In this document: piece after piece, positions 11,704 through 24,050 of the stretch
Numbering within the stretch: the stretch's first letter is position 1
Layout: every line of letters starts with the position of its first letter
Assembly: GCA_040954595.2 (NCBI GenBank)
Contig: CM082582.2
Location: 6,432,303 to 6,496,302, forward strand
DNA: 64,000 nucleotides
Reading direction: 5' to 3'
Origin: Balanoglossus misakiensis
Taxonomy: Eukaryota > Animalia > Hemichordata
Translations under genes and position numbers: made by a program
The notes under the pieces: generated by a model
The model's database searches: none
What the model saw: the letters and a program-made list of their open reading frames with translations, nothing else
What the model was told of the DNA's origin: nothing

Positions 11704-14700
11704 TTATTTGTCAACAGGAACAGTGATATTGTTCTTTTCAGCTAAGGCCTATTGAAAACAAAATAAGTAGGATTCAACTGCTGCACACTTAATTATAGAC
11801 ACTTCCTTCTATAACATTACACTGTGCTTTTTAAATGTTGATGCAATCTGTACCACACAACACAAGTATGCTAACCAATTATGATATTTGACTTAAGAGG
11901 TTTTTAAATAATCACAGAGACAAACTTATATACATCCAGAGTATATACAAGTATAAGCCCAATCATGCATTATGACCCCAGTAGTAGGGTGCTTTCTTCC
12001 AGAACATTGGGCCCAATTACACAACTATAGATTTTTGCTGTCCAAACAGTGCGCCAATTACTTGCAAACTAATTGTATTTCACACGACGAAAACAATATG
12101 GGACTTTTGATACAGAACAAACAATAATACAAAAATTATGTTCAACATCTGATTATACTTAGCAAAGATACCTCTAATTTCTTGCACGTGTCTTCTGTCG
12201 TGGATCGCTTCTTTCGTGCTGGATTCAAACATGAGATCACAATCTCTGCAAATTCTTTAGTTACAGCATTTTCTTGTGGATTAGGCCATCCCTGATTTTC
12301 AAGAGAACATGACAATTTTTCCAGTAATGTTTTTGTGGTAATAGTACTAAATCATGCATCATATGACATGTAAATTGCAAAAATTAACAAAATGAAGAGG
12401 ACAAGGCTAGACTGTATGTGGAGCCTAGCGAAATAACACTTAAGTCTTGATTCTAGACTATCATAAAATGAATTAAATCCAATTAACATACCACGGACGA
12501 TTCAACGGCCAATTCACACAGCATGTCAGGGTCAGAAAGACAACCATCATCAATCCATGTATTGTGCATGTAGTCTCCATCCTTTTTATCTTGGGCTAAC
12601 ACATTGGTTAAAAGTTCCATAAAAACTGTAAAATAGTCAAATAGTGCAGGTTTTATCACATCATACAAAGCAGGTTTCACACCCAGGCTGGAGTCACAAC
12701 CCCTTGCACAGAAATCAAACTTGAAAGTAAATATACCACACCAGGAACAGTTCTCCAGGTAAACTTAAGGATTAGACACCAAAGTAACATAAAAAATTCA
12801 CAAATGAAAATACTATTTCACGCACCTTTCCCCAGACTGTAAATATCGCAATAATCGTCATAGTAATTAGGGGGTTTTAAAATCAGTACATGGTCTTGAT
12901 ATCCACGTGTTCCACTGATACACAACTGAGAACCTAAACAGAGCAAAATAAAATGGTTCCATTAACATGTGTGCATGGTTTGGCGACATCATGTGGTTAA
13001 AATGGACAGTGCATTGGTAGATACTGGTATTTGCTTTCAGTCCATTCATCATTTTCAAGAAACTTAACAATGTTTGTTTGTAACAAATCATTGTCAATAG
13101 TCTCCAAACAGAGGATGAAGTTTATATGAAATGACCACAGGTATTATATAGGATCTGATCACTAAACAAATCACAAAAATATGTATAAATGTATGTACAT
13201 TATATAGAGTTGCATGCATATACTTGTACAAACATACATACAAACATACAAACATACATACATACATACATACATACATACATACATACATACATACATA
13301 CATACATACATACATACATACATACATACATACATACATACATACATACATACATACATACATAAATATGGACATGTACACATTAATCAATTTAACCTGT
13401 CATGGAGAGGTGTGATTTTTCCATAGCTGCTTCTCTAGTCAGTCCAGTGTCTCCTAAGTATGCCCTCCATAACGCATCAAGAAGTACATTAGCAGACTTG
13501 ATATCACGGTGATAGATCTTGAATTTCCTGTGGTACATTTATTCAGAAAAGAAAACAATGAATAGTGTCAAACTGCAACCTTCCAAACTCCAACTAACAA
13601 TATTCAGTACTTGATAAACTCTGCATATTTTTGCAGCAGAACTAAAGTTTAACATTTGGGAAATACAATTTCATGTTTCAATGAAATTCATCAGTGATAA
13701 TGTTGTAATGGTACTTTAGAAATTAGCAACTAAGTAAAATTTTCTCAGCAGTATCTGTAAGAAGTCACTCTGTGACATATCATTCCATGTCTTCACGTCA
13801 AAAATCAAAAACACACTGAAACTAAGCATAGCATAGTGTGTCTGGATATCATGTATGAATTATTGCATTACACCAGGGACCTCTACCTGTCTCCAGTTGG
13901 TGCAAGAAGGCAATGCAAAGCTCTGCACAGACAAATAGCGATCACCACTCTTCTCTGCCACGTCAATTCCGGATTTTTCTCTTTGATTTGATGAGCCAAG
14001 TCTCGATTCTTCATGTATGGATACACTATGCTCATAGGATATCTGTGAAAACATCAAAACAGGACAGTGTCTTAATTTTCACATGTTTGGTAGTGCTTAA
14101 AATTGGGTGTTTAATCATTGGTCATTAAGCTTAAATGCCATGATTTTCAAATTACTAGTATTACAATCCTACATATGCTTAGTATTGAACATTAAAAATA
14201 ATAACTTGTTTCAAATGACATTCCTAACTTAACTTTGAAAAAGTTGATAACAGCTAGTCAGCAGTGTGATGTAAATGTAGACCTCATCAAAAAGAACACA
14301 CTTCATGTAAATGACAAGAGAGTAATAAAGGAAATAATCGCAAGTCATTCACACCAAAGCACACATTGCAGGTAAACAAGAAACCCAGAACATTACCCTT
14401 CATCTTCACAAACCCCTAACACAGGCAAAATGTTTGCATGCTTAACACCAGCAACACTCTTCTCCTGAAATAAACAATTGGACAAATTATTTGTCTTAGT
14501 ATACACCATATCTCACAAATATCCGGTTATTGTATGATGTTCTGTAAGGTGACTACAAATCTTCACTTTTGAAATCTATGTAACCAACAGACAAACGTTT
14601 TTCAATCATCTGTAGGATAGCAGCCACTATTTTCAGAATGAAGAAAATGTCTCCTGACTATGATACTCTTCAAAAGACAGAGGGTATTGCAGAACTTGTC

Positions 14701-17700
14701 AAATAAAGAAAACTATTTGAAAATAATGGCATCTTTCTGTCCCTTTAATTGTTTATATACATGAACTCCGGCCAAAATGTCTCATTACCTGCAAGGGTAA
14801 AACAAAACAGAGCAGAACAATATCCATGTATCTACTTGTAAATCTATAGTTATCATTTCAACAAATAACTTGGCGAGTTGTTTCCACAAAACCTCCTACC
14901 CGTTTATACTCTCTTTCTCCATGAGTTCCACTGGTGTCAAGGATCTTCACGGCCACCTCCCTACCATTAAACACTCCTGTGACAAAGTAGAACAAGACCT
15001 TGTTAACTGTCACAACAGTGACGAGTACCATCCCTACTAAGTAACTAAAGTAAAGAATGGTAGCCACTCATTTCAGGCATAGGCATGTTTGAGTTATGGT
15101 TCTGGATACATAAAACTAAAATTGCTCAGACAAACCATGTACAAACTATTATTAAGTTATCCTTGTGCCACCTTTGAACACAAGACGATTAAGGTATTTA
15201 TCATTTAGAGCTTGGAACAAATGAACATGCAATGAAGGATTGCAAGACGGTGAAGGAGGAAGAAGATATACTCCTAGTATACAGCGTTTTTTCACCTTAA
15301 CCTAAGGCCAAGATACAGACAGTAGTAGGCAGGATACTTATAAATGAAACATGCCTTTATAAACTGGTCCAAATGCACCTTCAGAGGAAATAATTTGGTC
15401 TTCAGATCTGTTGTTGGTGATTTGTTGAATGTCCGCGGCATGCAAGACATATACACCAGTCTCTAATGTCTTCAGTGATGAGGGACTTTGGAGTTTTGAT
15501 GCCTCTCTCCCCTCTTCACCCTCACCCTCGATATTTAACTGGTGGCTTGTCAAGTTTGCTGAAGCACCTACAGCAGCAGCAATGTCACCTGGCTCTGGCA
15601 ACGTTCGTGCAACTGCATCTTCATTCGCGGCGCTAGGTTCCTGCAGCGATGGCATTCTGACATCCGGGATTGTATCTTCGGAAGGCGTCGCAGTGGGTGC
15701 ACCTGGCGTTGACATTGGTGACTCACTGCTTGCCATTTCAACAGGAGGCTCACTACCGACACTCCTTAACCTGAAATCCGTTTCATCTTCTGCTGCTGCC
15801 CTATCCATCTCTGAATCATTCCCTGGTTTTGATGGAGCCACGTCATCTTCTCTGTCCTGTCCTCTTGGTGGATTTCTATCAAAATCTGTCTGACCAGGAA
15901 CTCCATGGATGCCAACCTCTTGTGTTTCTTGAGGTGGATCATATGTACCTGTAGGCCAATCAGGGTTACCATCTATGCCACTTTGTGGTCGACCACCTCC
16001 TGGTGCCAGTAACTTATCAAATGACTCATCTTCAGGTGTTTCTTTCGCTTCTTCATGAACAATAGCAGAGTAGTTTGCTCCTGGCATTTGAGTGTGCTTC
16101 TTCAGTGACTTTGCCTCTGCAGCCCTTGTGTCATCTCGTCTTGGATCTGTCTGGGCCTGAATACCACGAGCTACCAGAGTATTATCTGAATCACTATTAT
16201 CTTCAGTCTGTGGCTGTAAGCTGGAATCAGGAACGACGTGTGTCACCTCTGATAAAGCTGCCGTTCTGAGACTGCCTGCCATCACCTCCTCCCCACCTCG
16301 TTGGGGAACTTCAGAGTCTTCAAATCTCACGCGTTGGTCTCTAGGAGTTGGCACTGTCGCTTCTGGAGCATTTTGCACTGAAGGCTGTGACGCATCACGA
16401 TGTGCTGCTGCGTGAGTGGGCACATCTCTGGGGACTGGTTCTATATCTTCTCTGGTACCTCCGCCAACAGTGTCCTGATTTGCGGCTCTGTGGTCAAGTT
16501 CTTCCGTTTGTTGAGGCCCAGGCCCTTCTGTTTGCGGCTGTGGGACATCTCTTCTGGTGAGTTGGTCTGCTGGTAGGTTCTGGGTTTGCAAGGAGGACCG
16601 TGGTACCTGTTGGTTGTTAGGGCTTGCAGACATGTCTATTCGTACAGGTGCTGTGCCTACACATGGCACAATGCCTACTGCTCCTTGCCGATCATCTGCG
16701 CCAGGTCCAGTAATATTTCTTGGTACCGGCCGTTGATCATCTTGACCAGGCGGTTGAATCTCTCTACCTTCCCCTCTATACCTTACTTCAGGGATTGGAC
16801 CATGGACAGTTTTACCAGGGGATCCCCTCTGATCTACATATTGAAGATCTGCTGGGAGTTGTTCGTCTACAGGCTGCTGCTGAGACAACTCTGCTTTTTC
16901 AAAGAACAGGTTTGCCAATTCATTTGCATCTGCCTATTGACAAATATAAAGGATAATACACGGTTAGCATAACTTACTATTATAAGCTGCAAGACAAGTT
17001 GGACAATTGTAAATTTGTATCATTGTACTTCTACATATCATGGTTGTAATCCTATCCTTGCATCTCATTATTTTCAGTGATTTAAAAACCAGTACAAGTC
17101 CAGTACCTGTGCTCTTTTTAGGAGTGGCTAACATCAGATGTTTACTGATCTTTATGTACTTTTACACAAAATAATTGTTCATTACACACAGACTTTTGCT
17201 TTATTTATCGTGCAGTTCATCAAAATAAAATTGATGGCATTCCCACCTCAGGATGCTTTTCAATCAACGTGTTAATTTCCTTTTCTGACAACCCAAGAGT
17301 TTTGAGGTGATCTTTCTTGATTGCAGTAGTCTCTTGCATTTGCATCAACAACCTGTCTGCTTGTGGAGCTTGTTCGCCTACACTGGGAGGAACAACTCTC
17401 GGTGCATCTATTGTCAATTGAAAAAATATATGAGTGAACATATTCAACATGACACTGAATTTGCAAGTTTGATTTTTTGACACAGTGTGTGTCGTAATCC
17501 AGTGACAAGAGAAATAGGTGTCGAGTATCTAACTTACTTGTTCTGGCGTCTCCTCCACCCTTCTTCTTACTCTTTTGTGGCTTTTTTGATGGTCTCTGAG
17601 TAGTTATGATTTGATTGTAATTTCCAATCTGTACATTGCCTCCAGTGATATTCATGACTGGAGGCGTGGACTGCAGAGGTGGCATTTGTACATCCATCCA

Positions 17701-20542
17701 GGATTCTTCAATAAAAATATGATATACAAAAATCCCTTTTGAATACCACAATATCAATTACAAGAAAACCTCTTGTACATGCACAAATGTATTATTCAAC
17801 CTCTGACTGTTACTGTACGTTAAAATGTAAACAGGTTAAATAATAAAGTGGTGCCGCACCCGTTTATTGAATCGGCCTCTAGTTGTAAGAGTACTATAAC
17901 ACAACTAAGCATGACATGCTCACATGCATATTCTAATTGTGACAAAATTCTAAATGGTGTGTTGTCTGTCAGCTAAGTTTGAGGAGAAATTTGAATTACA
18001 TTGTACATGTATTTGAGAATATGATAAAACTGGCAGCTCTTGGGGTTTTAAAAGGGATATTATATTCAACCAATGGACTATGTACATGAGCTGTTTATAA
18101 ATGGAAAAAAATCCAAAATTGCATGTCAATTTTACTTTATCATTAACGATTTATAAAACGAGAAAAATAATAGTTTAGTTCTACAATGGTATGAGACATT
18201 CCCACGTGAAAAAAAGAAATACAAATTTTGTCTTACCCATCTCTTCATCCTTATCAGATGCAAGGCTAAAGGCTCTATCAAACAAGTTATCCACGTCACT
18301 AATGTCTGTGAAAATACATAAAACTTGACAGCTCAGTCTTTTTCACCGATTTTCAAAGGTACAAACACCCCAACATCAATGAATAAACATCAAACATTTT
18401 ATGTGGCAAAACTAATGAGTGGTACTCACAACCACAATATGCAACATCATAATGTACCTACCACCTGTTCTACTTGCTTGCCTTGTAGCTCTCCTGGCTT
18501 TGTCATCTCTAATACCCAAACCTTCTAACTGTTCTACTACTGTTTTTATATCATCAGGTGTTGGATGCCATGATCTGTGAAAAAGATCAAATGATACATA
18601 AGTGTGTATCCTATAGTACATTAAATGTTACTGTGAAAATGTCTATCCTTTGGTGTGATGTATCCTCCACTGCTGAAACAGATTTAGTGCAAAAAAGTAC
18701 AGTACCCTCTCCATTGGTCCAAGGTTCAACTTTTTCACAATATTTTTCAAAAGCTATCAGTTGGACCAGTTGGGATGGGATACGTGAACCATTAAATGGA
18801 ATATACCTGGCTGTTCTTGGTCTCTGCTCAGACATTTGTCTTGCTGTTTGTCTCAGGACTGGTCGGTCACTGTAGGCAGTATAGGGCAAGCTTTTAGTTG
18901 CTGGTGGGCTCAGACTATCTCTGACGGATTCCTCTTCAGTCAATTCTCCGTTTTTCCACAACAGGTAGATGACATCAAACCTTGGCATGGCCGCCAAAGC
19001 ACTGCATAGTTCCCCGATTGTAGCGCCCAATTTGCACTGGAAATCCTGTAGCAATGCAAGGGCCTTGTTACTCTTTAGCTCAAACTGGGAAATGTGATTT
19101 GGATGGTACCTCAATCTATCGGCCAGCAGTTTCCAGTCTTTGCGCAGCGGGTGTGGCACATTGAGAAGCTTGCTCACTTCGCTCAAGCAGCTATGACCCA
19201 ATTGTTTAGCCCTCAGCGTGCGCTGGGGATTAGCTGGTCTGTCCCATCCAACCGGCAGGCTGTCTGAAGCACTCTCTGATGAAAGATTTAACTCCCGCAC
19301 ATGTACCACTAATCTTTCCTCTGCATCAGCCCTGTTCATCGTTCTCAATGCCTTGTGCAAGCCTTGCCATGTTGGCAGCTCACTTTGCGTTCGGTAAATT
19401 TTCAGCACGCACTCTGTTGGGGATTTTTCGAGTTCCAGGGTTGAAATTATGTGGGAATCATCGTATCCCAGATGCACGGCTAGCATTCTCCAGTCATTTC
19501 CCAGAGGGTTTTCGGGATCCAAGTACATGGACAAATCAATGATGCAGGAGTGGGGCAAAGGATGATCCCTCAAGTCTGAAAGATTGCAAGAGAACATACC
19601 ATATATTTTGGCATCAACTAAGTGGATTTGCTCAACCCTTACCGGTATTACTGAACACTTTGCAGGCAGACAGACAGACCGACAGACAGACAGACCAGCA
19701 AATCTTGACTCACTGACAGATTACCCACAACACAAACTATCAGAGGTCGCGCTTGGATTTTTGGCTGCGAGTATTTTTTGACGCGTCCATAGAAAATGAT
19801 GTGTCAAATTTTTCCTCCCCAACATTGTTGAGTTAATTTGCTTTTTGAGCTCTGTATTTTATGAAATGTTCTAACAGGGAAGGGGGACACCCCCTCCCAC
19901 ATCCACCCCCTTAACTTCTCTTGATTTACTATGTCTGCCAACTATCATAATGACTTGTATTTTCAGTTTATTCACGTCTTATTTTAATTATTTAAATTTA
20001 TTCAGATATGCAAATTGTCAGTTATTCATTCGCTAAGTTTTTGAAAGTTTGCATGGGGGGTCACCCACTTTTCAATTTCCAATGACGGGGGTGGGGATCA
20101 CCCCCTTTTTGATATAAAAAAATAGAATCCACCCCCAACCCCCGGCTAAAGAAACTGACCAGTCCCTTAATAGGGTCATGATAGGTTGCCAAAACAACTA
20201 GTAACTATGCGTATCATAGTAAATTTTTGTACTTGACACAAGTCCACTGCGCTGTTCACCAAGTTGTCCACGGGTGCTCGTATTATTAATGGAATAGTCT
20301 ATCGAGGGCGACGTGCGAGATTACGAGTTCGAGGCCGAAGGCCGATCGACCCTCTTCGGCCTTGATCGGCCTCACACTTACACTCTCGGACATCCGGGCC
20401 CTTGATCGATAAAGACTATCCAATCACGATCATTGTGTCGTTTATCCTTCTTGTCATGGCAGAAAGGAGACGCGTGAACATGAACTTGAATAGTTCTTCC
20501 TTACTTACCCCAAGCAGGAAGTAATGTTGCCATTTCTCCCAT
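11704..20542 (-). CDS. Paralog B: tandem death domain - UBA-like - RHIM - UBA-like - long acidic linker - IRAK/Pelle-like kinase, no RING (about 1243 aa, 15 coding exons)
   Basis: Phase-consistent exons (minus): 20542-20509, 19575-18807, 18574-18462, 18305-18237, 17705-17538, 17407-17247, 16933-15355 (GC donor), 14976-14900, 14464-14397, 14042-13887, 13527-13397, 12933-12826, 12625-12492, 12291-12172, 11748-11704. Motifs NDWRMLAVHLGY..MNRADA, DWKLLADRLRY, RHIM MNITGGNVQIGNYNQI, EGAFGPVYKG, VAVK, LTWQRRVVIAI, HRDIKSANVLL, GDTGL, GTRGYQD, DIYSLG. Kinase exons of 68, 131 and 108 nt equal those of paralog A. Confidence 0.88.
13232..13364. repeat. (ACAT)n microsatellite
   Basis: Directly visible in an intron of paralog B. 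Confidence 0.97.
17608..17658 (-). other. RHIM coding segment, paralog B
   Basis: Translates VMNITGGNVQIGNYNQI, with a canonical VQIG core close to the RIPK1 (IQIG) and RIPK3 (VQVG) tetrads. Confidence 0.85.
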
Positions 20543-20774
20543 TGTTTTCTGTGATACGTGGTCTGGTCTGATACGGCAGGTGAAGTTTTTAAAACTTCCC
20601 AATGTACTTCAGACTGTTCTTCACCTTTAACTGTAAATTATGTCTCGATCACTGTACTCTTCATGTATTTTGTGTGCACGAAAATATAGATTGTCAGTAG
20701 CTACCGGTTTTTCTTACGTGTGCTAAACATCTAACCACCAACTAACGATGGTACATATTCAATGATGATATATT

Positions 20775-20808
20775 GGGAATTCCCCGCAAAATTCCCGGAA
20801 AACCGGAA
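20775..20808 (-). promoter_or_regulatory. Clustered kappaB, STAT (GAS) and ETS-like motifs upstream of paralog B
   Basis: GGGAATTCCCC (20775-20785), TTCCCGGAA (20792-20800) and CCGGAA (20803-20808), 235-265 bp upstream of the ATG at 20542. Confidence 0.6.
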
Positions 20809-22077
20809 ATGACTTCTTGTATCGACAGAGGGCGGAAATTTTACGCATTAGGTCTATCGTCTCTCTCTTTCTCTCTCCCTCCCTCTATCTCTCTCCGTGC
20901 ACAGCTGCAAACCCACAAACAAAACACACTCCAGAAATCAATTTTCCAAGGTTTATTTTAGGCTATATTCAAGATATATGAAATAAAATACGAGTCAGCA
21001 AAAATGCGAAAACATGTGTTTACAAAATGTAGGAAGGCGGACTATCAATACTATCAGACGATGTTCTATAAAATACGTAAAATCGCCAATATACGTTCTT
21101 AATTTATACATTTATATTGAAGTGCAAAATCTCAGTTACATGGCACAGTACACAAAACTGTACGTTCTGAATATGTATAAGATCCTTTTATATATACCAT
21201 TGTTTCTGTTTCCGGAAAATGCTATGTCATGGACGGAACACCGCTTAAAGTACTTTTATTACACTTTACAAATACAAAACAACTAATTTACAAAATTTGT
21301 TCCCATAATGGTGTACATGAATGATAGTCTTAGATAGAGTTATTTTTGAATTATTATTTTTAATCTACAATATGATCGTCATGTCAACCTGCTATAGTAC
21401 TGAAAGTTTGAACTTTAATCTTACAAGCAGTCACCTGAAAAGCCCTACATATCGAACTTGGTTTAAATCAACTAAAGGTCGCATCTGTTCTCTACAAGAC
21501 ATCGAAGTTGCCATCAGAAAAATAAGAAAAAAATTTGGTTTTTGGAAATATCGCTTCTAAATACTGGATACTCTAATGGCGGGTAGGCCTACTCTGTGCA
21601 AACATTCAGTTTGCACTATAGCCAGAAAAAGAATATATTTCCAAGTTTTCACGACGAATGGCACTTTTCTAACATTTGAGTTCTTGGCTCAGCGCAAATC
21701 TGGGATTATTTGCATATTCACTTTTGTTAGTGCACTGTTTTATGGAGCGTGTGTATGAAAATTGTCAAACATGAGTCTGACATCATGTGCAAGCGAGCGG
21801 AATTATGCGATGCTGTACTGCAGCGGTGTCGGGCGAATGCGGTGTGGGTCCACAGTGCAACTGTTTCAACAAAGTCAGATCACGACGCATAAGATTGGTA
21901 GGTCTGTCCCTAGAAAATAAGACAAAGAGAGTAAATTTAGACCAAAATCGAAGTTTCTTACAATAATTATAATCACATCTTCTGGTGACATTTTACTGGT
22001 TACTGTTACGAGGAATTTATATGTTTGGGTAATTTGGTCTTCAATTTGTTTACAACAAAATTGATGCAACGATCACA

Positions 22078-24050
22078 CTAATCGGTATATTTCTTCACAT
22101 TATTATATCTGTATAACGGCCTCTTTCGTCGAAGAAGGAAAATTGTCATGTGCACGTGTTCTTGATGATCACAAAACGGCCTTATCATTTGCATTAGCAA
22201 ACTAAACCCGCCACTCACCATTAATCGAACTCTGAAATGAGAGTTCATGCCTTTCCGTCGTCTTCTGCCTGGCGGCGGTGTTCGGACGTCCCCTCTCTCG
22301 AAGACGCTAACGAAACGATTGGGATTGTGGACGGATTCAAACTGCATGTAATGTCCATCTACCAGTCTGTAGCGGAATCGACACTCGGGACCACCCTTTC
22401 CCTGAAATCCGATAACAATCATGATTATGTTTCGCTTAAAAAGGAAAGGTCGTGTGGAGTGACCGTGTTTGAACTGCACAAAATCTCATCGGAAGCTGAA
22501 GTATGGCATTGCTGAAAATTCGATATATCTGTACATGTATACACAGGCGGCCTGACCAATCTATGACAACACGATACTTCACCATTCTCTGGGTTAAAAT
22601 TGCTCAGAAAGCGTTTTTGTGCCGTCGTGACATGCCGAATAACCGGCAATACTAATACCTAGGAACTCCCGATAAAGTTTCTCTGCGTGTACACAAATGT
22701 TTCGTTACGGTTGAGAGTTCAATAAACGAACACAATTAAGCCATTGGTTTTAGGATACTGTCTTAATATCGAGCCAAACTCCTGGAATGCATATATCAAT
22801 AGCCGAGGAAGGCGGGATACAGTCACCATCCGAGGACGGGGTAACAATCAGGTTTATTGTCGCAACAACGAGAAAGTCTTCATCCCGACACAGGATATGC
22901 TATGCGCTTTATACGGTAATGGAGAGGGTATAGTGCCGCTCAACTGTTAATAGCTTAAATGAGGACGAAAAGCAGTCACTTACATTTGCCGAGAGGTCTC
23001 CGTCGCGAAGAATGAGAAAATTGACCGGGTTGGCCAGACATCTTAGAGTCACAATGTCATCGCCGTTGATATTAGTTACAATAAACATAGCTAGAACGAA
23101 AAGCACATACAACGTACTTTTAATATTAAATGGAGATTACATTTTACATAAAACGTGCTCTCTCTCTCTCTTTCTCTCTCTCTGTTACATGTAACACGAC
23201 AGCAAAAATATTAAGAAACGCCAATAAAATATTTACGGTTTTCTGATGGTAAAGAATTTCTTTGACGAGATCTCATGTCAGTGACCTGGATTTACTTACA
23301 TTGGACGCCGTTTGTACCCCCTCCATCAATCTGTCCTGTCCTGGCATGTACGCGGAGACACTTGCCGCTTGACCGAGACACAAACTGTATGACATTCCCC
23401 GTTGACAAATCGCGTACCTATAGTAATGGATGACACAAAGCTTGACGTTCGAACAATCAATATAACCACAATATCATATATTGTTTCAGTATCAGTAAAT
23501 ACAGACTCGGCTGGTTAGAATCGACGTACGCCGCACACCTTGTCTACAAAAATAGATCGCTTTTTGGTGGGAATGGCTCGGGACGTCAATCCTGGTCTAT
23601 CGTACAAGTCAATTCATACTAGAATGTCGTGGTTAAATTGTGTAGTCGGGAGACGAGCGGTGAGTGCTCGGGTGAAACACTAAAGTTGTCTGAGTGGGAC
23701 AATCGAAGGGGGAAATATTGAAAGTTATAATACAGTAACTTACGTACTATCAGTACATATAAATGAAAGCGTATACACTCACCGTAATTCCAACAGGGTG
23801 TTCCACGCCGTATAGACCAATACTTGAGTTATGGTACACTACTGTCTGTGACGTCAAATGAATTGAAGAAAAAAGATAAATGAACCATTAAAATGTACAT
23901 TAATTTTTGTCAGTGTTCCTGTTAATTCGTGCATATAGTATTAAAATTGGCTATTTGGCAAACAAGATACGCAGACTTTACCTTTTGAAGTTCACTTGAT
24001 CTCAGGGGAGCTCCATAACCATACGCACTGTAGGGCCTTGCAGCTGCCAT
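22078..24050 (-). CDS. Leaderless FGF-like beta-trefoil protein (about 194 aa)
   Basis: Exons 24050-23982, 23845-23783, 23417-23300, 23090-22984, 22401-22219, 22122-22078 splice in frame. Three beta-trefoil repeats: NVIQFVSRSSGKCLRVHARTGQIDG..F, DIVTLRCLANPVNFLILRDGDLSANGKGGPECRF and YMQFESVHNPNRFVSVFERGDV..HF. No hydrophobic signal peptide. The two 5' exons are less certain. Confidence 0.7.

Noticed and set aside
15429-16972. Plus-strand ORFs overlapping the large exon of paralog B (likewise antisense ORFs at 5993-6667 and 40176-40650)
   Set aside because: They are antisense shadows of GC-richer coding exons with no independent features.
3376-20542. Naming the kinases RIPK1, IRAK4 or Pelle
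   Set aside because: Domain order and content fit none of them, and orthology cannot be set without a phylogeny.
23539-23690. Possible extra coding exon of the beta-trefoil gene (IDLYDRPGLTSRAIPTKKRSIFVDK with a GT donor)
   Set aside because: I found no acceptor giving a stop-free phase-0 exon, and the flanking exons join in frame without it.
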